From assembly GCA_964016885.1 (NCBI GenBank), contig CAXHJY010001363.1:62001-126000 (forward strand): a stretch of 64,000 bases of DNA, written 5' to 3'. The stretch comes from Eledone cirrhosa. Lineage: Eukaryota. The notes beneath the pieces were generated by a model. The model was not told the origin of the DNA and made no database searches. It saw nothing but the letters and a program-made list of their open reading frames with translations. Shown here one piece after another: positions 1 to 13,600 of this stretch (position 1 is the first letter of the stretch; every line of letters starts with the position of its first letter). The position numbers were made by a program, and so were the translations under genes.

Positions 1-334
1 TAGTATCGTATGGTCCTGTAACTACCGATGGAGTTGTAGGGACGGCATATTGACATATGACGTTTCTTAGGCATTTAAAACCTGGCGGAGCTCATCCCTC
101 TCCAGGTCTGAATATAGCAGAGTTCTTCCGGAGAAGGATAGAAATGAGAGAGAGGTGAGAAAGAAGTATATAGGGAGAACCTACCCCAGTACTAGACTGG
201 TACTTTTTTTATCGACATCGAATGAATGAAAGGCAAGATTAACCTCGGTAGGATTTGAACTCAGAGATCAGAGAGCTGAAATGAATACTGGAGAACATTC
301 TATTTGACATTTTAAAGACTCTGTCAGTTGTCCG
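1..334 (-). mobile_element. SINE subfamily B (same core, different tail ...ctgctgtattcagacctggagagg...)
   Basis: Other copies at 6520-6738(+), 18745-19072(+), 26660-26840(-), 27610-27975(+), 42710-42996(-), 53520-53790(-) and 62410-62743(-). Confidence 0.8.
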
Positions 335-868
335 CTTTAACTGATCTACTACTTTTCAATAAATTCAACTACAATTGTTGTGTTAAACAAACGCGTGTAT
401 TATATTTCCTTGGTCTCTCAGGTAAATCCCATGTCATCTCGTTAAATATTGCTATAGAATGCCATAGAATACCTGTGAATTATAAACGGCAAAGACATGT
501 CACTCATCTATTTTTTTTTTATTTTTATTATTTTTTTTTTCTTCTAAATATCATCATTCCAATACATCACCAATTTTGTGAAATTTCAATGCTGCTTTGT
601 CATAACCTTTTTTATACAAATTTGAAAATACAGTTCACAATCTTTCACTCACTGACTGAGCTCAATATTTATGTGGTGGCGATTTTGTTTACCAGAGGGA
701 ACAAACAAGTGTCATGTGAAACTCGAACTTAAATCCCTTGCTAAACAACTTGATAATTTCTCGTAATATGCGACAGATGTGTCAAAATACGACGGCTATT
801 GCCAAGTTATCATACAGTGGTTATTGTCACTTTATTATGATGATGGCAGAATGACAATCCAACTCACC

Positions 869-1470
869 TTCAAATGTTTCTGATTTGCAACCTCAACTGG
901 ATTATCTATCATTCCTCTGTATTGATCAACACTTAGTCTATTTTATTTTCTTCTTACAAAATGTAGATTGTTCACATCAATTTGCAAATATAAATTTACT
1001 CTCCAATGTTTGTAGAATACGATTGAGTCAATTTAATCTGACAGCTATCCGAGCAACTTTCTATTGCAATAGGAATATGCGTGTCTGCCGCTGTTGGGGT
1101 TCGTTTTCATGTTTGGTTGACATCCATGTTCTCTGCAATAAGCTAATTCTGAAGAGCACAAGAATAAACACAAAAGTCACATTTAAAGATGGTTTTCTCT
1201 TCAGAACATCGTGGCCTAGGTTGACAGTTGCAAATACTTTAGAATTTTCAGAATGGTCTCATTCTTCTTCTTTATTTCTATTACATATAACGTTTGATAA
1301 TCTTCGACATAAACTTTGTCTCTGTTAATGTAATCAAGCTGTTCTATAGTGTCAACATTTAATTCCACATTCACTGGATGGCTGATACGTGTGGCAAGCC
1401 ATTTTAACTGAGCCGATAATATAAAGTTGTATGTATAACCTTTCGTGAGGTAATTATTTGGATGCATGTG
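869..1470 (-). pseudogene. Possible decayed coding sequence with C2H2 zinc-finger-like remnants
   Basis: Minus-strand fragments EKTIFKCDFCVYSCALQN*L and GE*IYICK..CEQ; a donor-like gaag|gtgagt near 868; multiple stops and frameshifts. Confidence 0.3.
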
Positions 1471-2181
1471 GTGCGATAGACGTTCAGGTCAGTGAAGCAA
1501 AATCTAGCGCCAACATACAGAAGTGAATATTTTCTTCGAAGTGGTTGTAATGAGGATGTTTATGATAGCTGAGTAATTCTCGTCTGTCATCACGTTTGAA
1601 GTCCTCTTACCTCTAAAACTGTCCATTTATGACAATGGTACTTACAATTATTACCAGTCTATTTATTTCGAACAAGATTCAAAGAATAACAAAAATATTT
1701 TTCCACGTACTTCGAAATGTGATCTCAAGTAATAAGAACCGGGTAGTCCAACATTATATTCCAAACGATAATATTTACTAAAATTCTGGCCATACACAAA
1801 GAAATAATAAATACATTAAAAAAAGGTATTTAAAAAAGAATATAACCATGGCTGATCACACACAAATAAGTGGATGTTCAAAACATTATGTGAGCCTTGC
1901 TATAAAAATGCGTTGACCTCTAGTTTACTTATGACTCAATCTGTATGCTGTCATTGCTTGAAAGTATACTTCTATGCTGTGGGGGTGTTTTTTCTCTCTT
2001 TTGGAAGAACCCGATTTGTTTTTCTCATTCTACATACTGGTGTATGTCCTGGTGTCCAGTTTCTTACGATGATTGTCTCTAATAGAAAACTTGAACTGAT
2101 TTTCTGTATCTGTTTATATAGAACATCTTGTTTTGTTTCCTAATTAACTTGGTGCAATAGTCTAAAATGGCAGACGCAGTA

Positions 2182-2566
2182 TACGACGGTCGGTTGAAAA
2201 TTTCATCCGATTTCAAAAAGCTATATTTTTTAAACAAATGTCCATATAACCATGCGATAACTTGTACAATACATATCTAGATATAACGTTTTATTCTTTT
2301 TTATAACTATTATAAAGTTTTATAAAGTTATTTACAATTTATACATGATTTTCTGTCTGCTTTCAAGATGTCGACTCAGCAACAAAAATCGTTTGCGTCC
2401 TCTGCTGTGTGAGTCAAGAGGAGGGCATATTGAGCATCTGTAAAAATTGTAAATAAAACTTTATATTCAGACATGTATTGTACAAGTTCCCACAGGATTA
2501 TATGGTTATTTGTTTCAAAAGTATAGCCTTTTGAAATTGGATGATTATTTTTAATACACCCTGTAT
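2182..2566 (+). mobile_element. Internally deleted Tc1/mariner element (MITE) with ~110-bp TIRs
   Basis: 2204-2296 is the inverse of about 2452-2544; the right end is cacCCTG-TA. The interior keeps a transposase start (atg tcg act cag caa caa aaa tcg ttt, MSTQQQKSF) fused to an end (GGHIEHL*). Confidence 0.8.
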
Positions 2567-2571
2567 ATAAT

Positions 2572-2757
2572 TGTTTCTACTTTAGGCACAAGGCCAGCAA
2601 TTACCCAGTGCATTACTGGTACTTTATTTTATCGACCCCGTAAGGATGAAAGGCAAAGTCAACCTCGGCGGGATTTGAACTCAGATCGTAAAGGGACGTA
2701 ACTATGCTGGAAAGCATGGCATCCGACCCTCTACCGATACTGCCAATCCACCGCCCT
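2572..2757 (-). mobile_element. tRNA-derived SINE (octopus type, Deu/Nin-like core, tail A) with 18-bp TSD
   Basis: Head tggcagtatcggtagag (A box) ...gagttcaaatccc (B box), core gcctttcatccttacggggtcgataaaataaagtaccag. TSD atacaccctgtatataat at 2554-2571 and 2760-2777. Confidence 0.9.
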
Positions 2758-3841
2758 ATATACACCCTGTATATAATAAATTCCATAGATAGGTGGCAAT
2801 CGGAATTTTCGGTAGCATTTTGAATATTTAAAGGTTTCCTCGCTCTCTTTCGTTCATTGGCTGCAACATGCCTCGTGATATAACGGTCATGTGTGTACAA
2901 GAAAGATTATATTCCTGGTCAATATTGATATCATTCTCAAATATTGAGGAAACATCCTAATACGTTAATTTGTTGTTGATATTTAGGTTGTTAATCCCCC
3001 AGGTCTTTGTTGAGACAGGTTCGTCCAGTATTTCAAGATTCGCATGAAACATATCAAGTGAAAACAATGAAATATCAGGAATTCTACACCTGAACCAACC
3101 ATAGGCTCTTCTTGAGTAGATCCATATATATCAATGTGTTGAAGAAAATCCCAGACATTAATTTAACTTACTCATGATACATTATTTATATAATGATACA
3201 TTATTTATAGAAGATAGGTTCTATTTGTCTACAGACTAACTGCTGTGTGGCAACCACTTCAACACAGTGGAAGTGAATTGAATCACACGAGCTGTTCAAA
3301 AACAGAATATTACATCTTCAGGGACTGAAATCTTGCCGAAGATTTTAATCCCAACTCACCTGTTTCTTAAACGCCTGCTTGATATATTTAGTGTTGTTGT
3401 TGTTTAAAACATGTCGTCTGATTTCACGAAATATTTTTTTCGAATTTAAAACAAAACAACAGACGCAGCAGGAATAAAGGATTTTGTTCTTGTTTTGGGG
3501 GTTATTTTTCACTGTTTAGACATGGTGGATGAACTTTTATTGAAATATAATACTTATCAAGGTTTCAAAAATTAGCGTAGATCCTTAAAAGGAATTTATA
3601 ATAAAATTATATAAAATTATTTCTAGCAATTATCCATGGAAAATGTATGGAGTTATATTTTTTGTGGCGACTTATTTTCCATTTCACAGTCAAATCTCCA
3701 AACATTAACAAAAATTGCGATCAAAGTCCGAAATTGAATCAGGATATATTTTGTTTTGTTTTTTTCACACATCTGACATAAATTTAACTGTCAATTATAA
3801 TCAATCATGACGGCGTAAAATTATAATTTGTTTTTGTTTCA

Positions 3842-4040
3842 CCATAAATAATGTTTTTCTCTGCGGATTTACTACATGTTCAACTGGTGTTTAAAATCTC
3901 AATTTTTTAACGATTTTACCATAAATAATATTTTCTATGCGGAGATAGTACATGTACTGCTACTATTAAAAATCTCAATTTTTTAATGATTGCCATAAAT
4001 AATATTTTCTCTGCGGAGTTAGTACATATTCAACTATTAT
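3842..4040. repeat. About 76-bp tandem repeat, three copies
   Basis: ccataaataat...tgcgga...tacatg/tacata at 3842, 3919 and 3993. Confidence 0.8.
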
Positions 4041-4199
4041 TATATTAGAGACAAGACATATGTTTGATTTTGTATCATTCATGACACCCTTTACTTTGAA
4101 AGTAATAATAATAATATATTATACATATATATTTATACATATATATATTGATTTGAATCGACAAGATCCCAGACCTCATACGCTTCGCTTACTGAGTGG

Positions 4200-5000
4200 A
4201 GTGGAACTCATCAGATTGGACCAAGCAAACAATGTTTCCATTGATCTTTCTAATTGCTGATACTATCTACCGGTCGCAAGCTGTATCAAATGCTGAAAAT
4301 CATACCCGAACAAAGGATTTTGAAGATGTATATTCTTTGTCCGGGTGGACATGTATAAAGCCAACCAAATATTCCATTTTATACTTGTCTTCTAAGGATT
4401 TGACAGCTGATTAATAGCTTCCAGTTAAAAATCTGGTGTAAGTTCATCGATAATGTAGTCAAATGTATTTTTAATGATTTTTATTGCTTGTGCACTTACA
4501 TCAAGATTTGAAAAATGCTCTTTGACTTATAAACCTCAGACTAGTGAGAATGTCATGAAAGAATTCTAAAGGAAATGGAGATTGTTCTTTTGGTTGTATT
4601 TGTCCTTGCGGGGAAAATGGTCGAGGTTATTTATCATTAGCCGAGAGTGAAAAATGATTAGTTTATGTCGAAAAGCTTTCACTGCAGAGTATATGTCACA
4701 TATAATCTTAGAATCGCCTTTTAATATATAATTGAACTTGTTAAGATGCGCCATTAAGTCAGTCGAGAAAAGGCAGTTTCCACGACCATTCACTGTTTAC
4801 AAGTTACAGCTGAGCACGATTTTATCAATAAAAAGGAAAAACCTCAATCTCCATTCGAAAGCCTCAAAATCATGAAATAACTTTACTGCTACTAAACTAT
4901 CTTACAGCGGTGCAGTACAACAAATCGCTTTATTCAGCTTCTATTTCTTCTCCAGGTGTTCAAATCTGGTGAATATTAAGCATTTACGATCAAATAAAAT
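4200..5000 (-). pseudogene. Decayed hAT (Charlie/GTF2IRD2-like) transposase
   Basis: Minus-strand peptides LYCTAVR*FSSSKVI...RMEIE, FSTDLMAHLNKFNYILKG...ICDIYSAVKAFRHKL...HFP and LEDKYKMEYLVGF resemble Charlie-type transposase blocks; stops and frameshifts present. Confidence 0.8.
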
Positions 5001-5122
5001 TTTCAGTTGATAAAAATGGTTCTATCACAAATTCTTCTTCTTCTTCTTCTTCTTCTTCTTCTTCTTCTTCTTCTTCTTCTTCTTCTTCTTCTTCTTCTTC
5101 TTCTTCTTCTTCTTCAACAACA

Positions 5123-5236
5123 ACTCTGCGATGGACTGACGTCCTGTCCAGGGGAGAGCCTTGCGCTCTCAGTCGCCAGGGAAACCAAGGTAAGCACCGG
5201 CCCGATGAGCCTCCAGGTTCGAGATAGACTTTAGAC
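5123..5236 (+). mobile_element. SINE fragment with Meta/V-like conserved domain
   Basis: ctgcgatggactgacgtcctgtccagggg...gaaacc...taagcaccggcccgatgagcc; related piece at 26222-26280. Confidence 0.55.
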
Positions 5237-5524
5237 CAGACATGAACAACCTGCGGCTCGCGAAGCTTTCTCAATGGCTTGCCTAAGTTACCTAAGTGAA
5301 ATCTTTCTGATTTTTTTACCCCAACTTTTCAGTCGTAATTTATCTTTCTATCATTTTTACGATCGAGGAAAACGTGTAACGAATTCTGAAGAAACAAATT
5401 AAAACAACCTGAGTTACCACCCTTTTTTTAATGTGGGCATGAATGTAAATTAGCGCTTGCGGCCCGCCTGATGATGAGCCATATCTCATGGGGCCCGCTT
5501 CTTGAAAAGGGTTGCCCATGCCTG
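5237..5524. mobile_element. Non-autonomous hAT MITE with 8-bp TSD
   Basis: TIRs cagacatgaacaacc / ggttgcccatgcctg; exact TSD ctttagac at 5229-5236 and 5525-5532. Confidence 0.9.
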
Positions 5525-5828
5525 CTTTAGACTTTTTAGAGTTGTAATACATTTTACACGTTTCCAAACCAAATTGTATTTTATCTCGTCAATATTTTGT
5601 CCACTTCGTCTTCCTTACATCTTTAAATGGCGCTCACTGAAGTTAGTATTAATTAGTATTAATTAGTTTCGTTAATACGGCAAATGAACAATAGCAACAC
5701 CGAATTGTCAGACACATCCGCTGATTCTCCAAGAAGCAGAGAAAACCATTGAAAATCTTCTGCTTTATTGTTTAATTGACACACGATGCTGCCTCTTATG
5801 TCTTAGATTCTCCTCGTTACTATTTTTA

Positions 5829-5890
<62 letters not shown>

Positions 5891-6737
5891 TGGACATTTC
5901 TTTAACAGTTACTTTCATACAAGATTTCATTAATTCACCAATGAATGGTTTTCCTTCTTTCTAACAAATAGGCTACTCTCGAAATAGCTTTATCCGTAGC
6001 TTCATTATAACATTTATCTTATTGAAAAATGATTGTTGTAATAAAATATTCCTTTTTCAAGCTTTCATAATTCTCATGGCTTAGCTTTTCTGGTAGATGA
6101 GAATAGCGAAATGAATGCTTCGTTTAGTAACGCCTAAATATATTATACTCCTTTAGCACTGCAACAATTCCACTGCATATTACACACATTTGCTCTTGTG
6201 GATGTTGTTGTTTTCAGTTACAAAATATTCCAGCCTCCAATGTTCTTTAAAAACGCAACATTCACAGTCTATTTTTCACCTTTTCTCTTGTGGCATTGGG
6301 AAGCAATCTTCTCTACATATATTTTCGTGTTAATAAAGTCAAATGCTGTGATCGTGTATCGTAAAAAAAAAGGTGCATATTTACATAAGTGACCTGACGA
6401 GAGGTGATTCGACAATTTTGTTTCTTATTCAGCTTAAACGTGTCTTGTTGAAAATGTAAGTGCACAGTTGGCCAATTCAATTATGTTCTGGTTTCAACAA
6501 TGTTATAGTAAAAATGAGAAGGCGGCGAATTGGCAGAGTCGTTAGAAGGTCGGATAGAATGTTTTGTGGTATTATTTCCGTTTGTTTGTTCTCTGAGTTC
6601 AAATCCCGTCGAGGTCAACTTTGCCTTTCGTCTTTTCGAGGTGGATAAAAAAAAGTACCAGTCTAGTACTGGGGTCGGTTCTTCCTTTTTATTTCTTTCT
6701 CACTTTCTATCCTTCTCTGGAAGAAATCTGCTGTGTT

Positions 6738-6771
<34 letters not shown>

Positions 6772-6773
<2 letters not shown>

Positions 6774-6973
6774 CAAAGGAATTGTGGTAAGGAACCAGAT
6801 GGACCATAACGCACCAGAGTACTCAATACTTAGGGTAGTAGAGTGGGAAATAGGAAAAAGTATGATCCCCGACAGCAGAGCTCAAGCCGTTTCGACGGCT
6901 ATTTCTGGTCCAGAGTCCAGAAATAGCCGTCGAAACGGCTTGAGCTCTGTCGTCGGGGTCTTACTTTTTCCTA
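6772..6973. mobile_element. Penelope-like terminal fragment with fold-back palindrome (6851-6973), family P1
   Basis: Flanked by (TA)n; near-perfect inverted arms containing gtcGAAAcggc. Homologue at 56681-56875, fragments at 11155-11205 and 45551-45582. Confidence 0.6.
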
Positions 6974-6992
6974 TATATATATATATATATAT

Positions 6993-7562
6993 CTGAGGAA
7001 GGGCTTATGCCCGAAACGTCGTTCCCCACCAACACCCCACTCTCCAGAGCGTGAAATTAATAAACATTCGTTGTACTGCCTCTCTGTTTTGTTCCTGTTC
7101 AAATTTTTCCATTATATATAATACACGCTCACACGGCTTCCATTCCTTGGAACATAACTTAACTAGCGGCTCAACCCCGATCTAATCCGCCGTGACCTTT
7201 CTCCGAACTTTACGCACCTTCCCACACTTGGTCTTTCCTTCCACGCATTACCTCTGTTTGATTTTGTTACTGTACTTGTTTATTTCCGTATATGATTCTT
7301 TGATTTAAATTTATTTCATTCCTTGTATTTTGATCATGCTTTATTTTTATTTTTATTTTTAATTTCATTCGCACCGTTTCCTTTCGCTATATGTCTCTCC
7401 ACCACTCCCCTACACACCCTTTGAACTCTGTTCCCACACACTTCTCACCTGAGGAAGGGCTTATTCCCGAAACGTCGCTCGCTCCCCACCAACACCCCAC
7501 TCTCCAGAGCGTGAAATTAATAAACATTCGTTTTGTTCCTGTTCAAATTTTTCCATTATATA
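6993..7562 (+). mobile_element. Penelope-like remnant with direct terminal repeats (6993-7100 and 7449-7562), each starting at a hammerhead core; family P2
   Basis: Both repeats begin ctgaggaagggcttat(g/t)cccgaaacgtcg (CUGAnGA-stem II-GAAA); a second copy is at 16425-16730; (TA)n flanks. Confidence 0.65.
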
Positions 7563-7836
7563 TGGAAAAGAATGAAATGAAATTTCATTTCTCACTCTTA
7601 GTACGGATGATACCTAAATATAAGTATGTATACGTACATAAATATATGTGTACATCGTCGATGGTTGCCGAGCACTGTACGGCATAATTCGGGCTGTTTG
7701 TTTACAAACAAACCGAGCATTATAATACATGTTCGGTAAACCCATAGGTACATATATATATGTGTGCATGTATGTATATATATACATACTACTGTGCCTC
7801 TGTACACATATATGTATATACGTATACATACTTATA
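7563..7836. mobile_element. TA-embedded element with partial fold-back, family P3
   Basis: Homologous to 45260-45500 (just downstream of the 45192 hammerhead) and to 56920-57080; 7618-7655 is inverted relative to 7800-7836. Confidence 0.55.
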
Positions 7837-7851
7837 TATATATATATATAT

Positions 7852-10030
7852 ACTAGCAGAAGTACCCGGCGTTGCTCGGATATTAAATAGCAGTTGTGTA
7901 TACCATTTATGTCAATACTTCAGTGCTGCTTCGAAAACTATACTTTTACAAAATCATCGACTTTTTCCAAAAGGAGGTTCCTGCCCCCAGGGGTCCCCTA
8001 CCCAATATGTGCCAATTATGAGAGTTCACATTCATCTGTAGGAGAAACGTAGTCCATGTGTCAAGTTTTGTGAAAATCGGTTGCGAACTCCAGAAGTTAT
8101 GACGTTTTGTTGCATTGCACTGCACTGCTTCAGTCGACTCCAAGGAAGTGGTTAAGTGGTTAAAGGGGTTATCTGCCTATAATCAATATCTGGAAAAATG
8201 ACAGTGCCCATGACCATCCGGAGTACATAAGTAACCTATGTCTTAAGTTTGGTGAAAATACTGTAGAAATGCATAAGGTTTATACATACGCGCGTGCGTT
8301 CGTGTGTGTGTGTGTGGGGGGGGTATGTCCGTCGGGTAATACATATGTACTGGCCTAAATCTTCACTATTTACTTTTACCATTTTAATAACCTCTGTCAT
8401 TTTCGTTTTCAATTTTATTTACATCATTCTTAAACTCCGGGGCTGGAAATCATTCTGTTATTTTAAATAGAATATTAGTCTAACGACTCCATTTATACCA
8501 TAAACTTGGTCTTGTCTTTGCATGAAATTGTTCTTCACGGTCCACATAACGATGTATTATCCTCGCTTTTTTCCCGTTCATTGCGAGGGAACGTCTTCAC
8601 GAACCAAATATCGTCTTCCTGTTTTCTTCGCAATTTAAGGGTTTTATTTCTTTTGATGGAAAACAGTGACCGTTTTCGATTTGGCATTTCGTAAAATGGT
8701 ACTGCAGAATTGATTTCATAAAACGGTACTGTATGATAGTTTACACTTTGATTGCCCTGGTCAGCAAGAGGGGCCTCTATATATTAGATGTTTATTAGAA
8801 GAGGGGGAAATAACTAACCCCAGTATTAGAACAGGGGGTTCGCAATGTAAGGGTTTTATTTCTTTTGTTAGAAAACACTTACCTTTTTCGGTTTGACATT
8901 TCGTAAAATTCTACAGCAGAATCGATTTCATATGATCGTTATAGAATTATTTAAATTTAATATAGAGCAATTGTAATTTAAAAATGAAAATGAAACGTAC
9001 TGTAGTAGCCAAAAGTTTATTAACAGCGAAATAACGTTGTCTTTGATATGTTATTTTAAATAAGACAATGAATTGAAAAATACTACTTACTGTTAGTGGT
9101 GGTCAACATGTATTAGAAATAAAATGAAAATGATATCTGAAAAAACGTACTTGAGAACATGACTCCCATCTTCGCAATTTAAGGGTTTTATATCTTTTGA
9201 TGGAAAACAGTGATCGTTTTCGGTTTGGCATTTCGTAAAATGGTACTGCAGAATTGATTTCATAAAACGGTACTGTGTGTTAACAGCGAAAGAACGCTGC
9301 GAAAGAACGCAGCGAAAGAAATTGATGAGTTTAAAAATTTGTATGAAATTGTAATTAAGACAATGAATATTGAAAGTAGTAGAACAGGGGGAAATAACTC
9401 AATTAGACGTTTATTAGAAGAGGGGGAAATAACTAACCCCAGTATTAGAACAAGGGGTTCGCAATGTAAGGGTTTTATTTACGGTACTGTATGATCGTTA
9501 TAGAAGTATTTAAATTTAATATACAGCAACTCTAATTGAAAAATGAAAATGAAACGTACTGTAGAAGGCAACAGTTTATTAATCTGCATTTTCAAACTTG
9601 CATATCATCGACATTGCTATTTCGCTGTTAATAAACAACGCTTCTCATTGTACGCCGTCCAGCCCCAAGTGCATATTTCTATTTTTTTCATGAAACTGCT
9701 TCTTTATAATAAACTTTCAATAATATTTTTCAAATTATTGGTACTGTATGTTAACAGCGAAAGAACGTTGATGAGTTTAAAAATTTGTATGAAATTGTAA
9801 ATAAGACAAAAGTATTAGAACAGGGGGAAATAACTCACCGAACGCGATAGTTTTGGGGCCCCAGGGACCATATTTTTCAAGTTAGAGATTTGAAACCTCG
9901 TCTATTTGCTTCCCTGGCACTTTTTACATAGGTGTGTAAATTTTCATGTCAGTCCGACCACGTCTACTACCATTTAACCGTGCTCATTTGAATTTCAACC
10001 ACCGCCCATTTCACAAATATATATTAGATA
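7852..10030 (+). mobile_element. Helentron/HINE (DINE-like) non-autonomous element with internal duplications
   Basis: Starts actagcagaagtacccggcgttgctcgg, contains caagttttgtgaaaatcgg-type cores and ends atatattagat; reshuffled 100-200 bp duplications at 8620-9840. Confidence 0.55.
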
Positions 10031-10032
10031 TA

Positions 10033-10443
<411 letters not shown>

Positions 10444-10514
10444 TACACTCTGCTTGTGCATAGATTGCTTGCTTTGGTAGCAACACCACTAATTCACTGA
10501 ACCACCTACACAAT

Positions 10515-10515
10515 T

Positions 10516-10610
<95 letters not shown>

Positions 10611-10636
10611 TTATATATATATATATATATTTATAT

Positions 10637-10688
<52 letters not shown>

Positions 10689-10775
10689 TATATATATATA
10701 TTTATATATATATATATTATATATATATATAATATATAATATATATAATATATTATATATATATGTTTATATATA

Positions 10776-10814
<39 letters not shown>

Positions 10815-10816
10815 TT

Positions 10817-10908
<92 letters not shown>

Positions 10909-11093
10909 ATTTATATATATATATTTATATATATATATTTATATATATATATTTATATATATATATATTTATATATATATATTTATATATATATATATTT
11001 ATATATATATATTTATATATATTTATATATATATATTTATATTTATATATATATATTTATATATATATATATTTATATATATATATTTATATA

Positions 11094-11156
<63 letters not shown>

Positions 11157-11202
11157 GAAACGTGTCAAAACCCCGACAGCTGAGCTCCGGGTGTTTCGAC
11201 AG

Positions 11203-11255
<53 letters not shown>
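10515..11255. repeat. (TA)n field; others at 19435-20230, 21501-22258, 39820-40215, 55265-55580, 63535-64000
   Basis: Direct inspection. Confidence 0.95.
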
Positions 11256-11258
<3 letters not shown>

Positions 11259-12454
11259 ATACACACATTTACATGCGTCTGTCTTTGTATATGTCCCGTA
11301 ACTTGACCGTTCAACTAAAAGAATTCGATAAAATAAGAAAATAAGTAGTATGATCCATATGATCGGCTATAGTAAAATAACTGATACCAGTAAATGAGTA
11401 AAATAACAAATCAATAAAAGAATGCTAAGAGGAAGGAGAGAAAATTCGATCTTTGTGTGATGGCAAGATGAAAATATATGAAGCAAACGAATTAATATAA
11501 CTTGCATATTATTGTCGTTATCAATATCATACATAGACAAATATTAGAGTTAGAATTGCAACTAAACATCTGTATTAAAGTGGAATTTATTTTAATGATA
11601 TTAGAAAATCTAAGCCTAACAACGGTCAAATTATATTGAGAAGGGTTTTAATAACTGTAAACATTAAACAACTTTGAAATAAACCATGTTTGTATATTTT
11701 TATAACCAAAATATATTTCTCTCCAACCACTTAAAAGCTTCAGTGGGTGTTTTAAGCGTAAATTGAGCATGTACTATATTTAAATCAGTAATTTGCTGAT
11801 AATTTCGCAAGTTCAGCTAAACTAGCTCAGTCTGAAAAGATGCTTTAAAGAGACCTTGTTAAAAATCGAACAACATATTGCTAAATGCGATTGATTTTTC
11901 CAATAACCACTAGGAATTAATTATAGCCCTGTAACTTGGATGGAAGTAAAAGGTATAAACCTGTAACATCGAAGATTTTCAATTAACATTTAGCTAATGT
12001 AATTATGTGTAAATGTAATTATGTGTAATAAGTTCACTAAACATCTTCTCCATCGTAACAAAAGTTAACTAGTGTAAAATATATTCTCGTGAGAGTTAAT
12101 AAAATTGCAGGCGAGGTAAAGCATTGAGTAAGAACTCTGACACAGAAAGAAAAATAAAACAGAAAATGTAAAGACGTTTCTAGAACCAGTTTAATGTATA
12201 TCTGCTATAAATGGTGTGATGAAGAATACGAATCAAGCTCGACTAGAAGATCTTTACAACTAGAAGAATGTAAATATATAACTCAATAATTTAAAATGTT
12301 GATACAACACTATAACAGTTTCTATTATCGATTAGAGAAATATTCATTACACAGCGCGACAAAGATATATTACAGAAAGCCATCTTGAAATAACTTAAGA
12401 ATTGAATGTTGTGGAAACAACGAAGTATTCTTTTATTCAATTTTATTTTTATAT

Positions 12455-12940
12455 TTGGATGAAAAGTTCATAGGTTCACCAAGATAGAATGACCAAATGA
12501 GGTTTATTTTTGCAACACAACACAGTCCCAGGAAAGAAACAATGCAGTTATTAATAATAAGGGTTCAAATTAATACATGCAAGATTTCACAGCTCTAACA
12601 TCACTCCTTCGCTGGCTGACCAAGATACTCTCATGGAATGACCAAATTAGGTTTATTTTTGCAACACAATATAGTCCCAGGAAAGAAACAATGCCGTTAT
12701 TAATAAGAAGGGTTCACATTAATACATGCAAGATTTCACAGCTTTAGCATCACTCCTTCATAGACTGACCAAGATACTGACATGGAATGACCTAAAGAGG
12801 TTTTCTTTTTTTCCAATATAGTCCCTGGAAAGACACAATGCAGTTATTAATAAGAAGAGTTGAAATTAATGCAGGCAAGATTTCACAGCACTAGCATCAA
12901 TCTTTCATAGTCAGCCTATGACATGTTCAGCTTACCTTAT
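12455..12940 (+). mobile_element. Mariner-type MITE with three internal ~150-bp tandem units
   Basis: Homologous to 47130-47614; degenerate TIRs gaaaagttcatagg / gtcagcctatgacatgttcagc. Confidence 0.7.
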
Positions 12941-12964
12941 ATGTTGACTGTGACTGACAAAATA

Positions 12965-13253
12965 AATGGTTCTCAAGAGTTTTTTTACTCACGGTGCATT
13001 TTTGAAAAATCAAAACTAAACTGAACGCAGAAACTACCTCTCATTCTTAGCAGGGTTGACAGATTGTGCCATTTATCGCAAATCTTGTTACTAAACTTTA
13101 CTTCTTTGCCACTTTCATAGCTATATATGAACTTTCATCTGAATTTCAGTTTGTATTTTTCACATCTTAAAACTTAATCTTAATCTTTTTCGGCGCATGT
13201 AGTTCCATCTGGTGAGCATCAAAGCGTCACGGCGCACGGTTTGCGAACCACTG
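12965..13253. mobile_element. Degenerate hAT-like MITE
   Basis: Ends tggttctcaa...cacggtgca and cacggcgcacggtttgcgaaccactg resemble CAGTGGTT-type hAT termini. Confidence 0.4.
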
Positions 13254-13387
13254 GACTAGATTGATATGATTGGTGTCCAGCTGTAAGCCGACGTCTGTGG
13301 TGTTGATATGAGCTGGAAAACAGTTCCAGGAGGGGGGGGCGGTTACGTTCGAAGGAAGAAGGACTGAAGACAGTGATTTAATAATAG

Positions 13388-13600
13388 TTTCTTATATAGG
13401 CACAAGGCCAGCAATTTTGGTGGAGGGGAAAGTCGATTAAATCGACCCCAGTGCGTGACTGGTACGTTATTTTATCGATCTCGTAAGGATAAAAGTTAAC
13501 CCCGGCGGGATTTCAACTTAGATCATAAAGGGCCATAACTCTATGCTTCAAAACAAGGCGTCCGACCCTCTACCGATACTGCCGCCACCCCCCACCCCAT
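13388..13600 (-). mobile_element. SINE (long-tail variant) with 20-bp TSD
   Basis: TSD agacagtgatttaataatag at 13368-13387 and 13601-13620. Confidence 0.88.

Noticed and set aside
2700-2757. tRNA gene-like A/B boxes
   Set aside because: These are SINE heads repeated more than 25 times, each attached to the SINE core, without a full cloverleaf.
4990-5274. Poly-Glu and poly-Leu ORFs
   Set aside because: Produced by a (TTC)n repeat plus a SINE fragment.
6395-6420. Isolated CUGACGA/CUGAUGA strings (also 44215 and 48286)
   Set aside because: No matching GAAA with stems; expected by chance.
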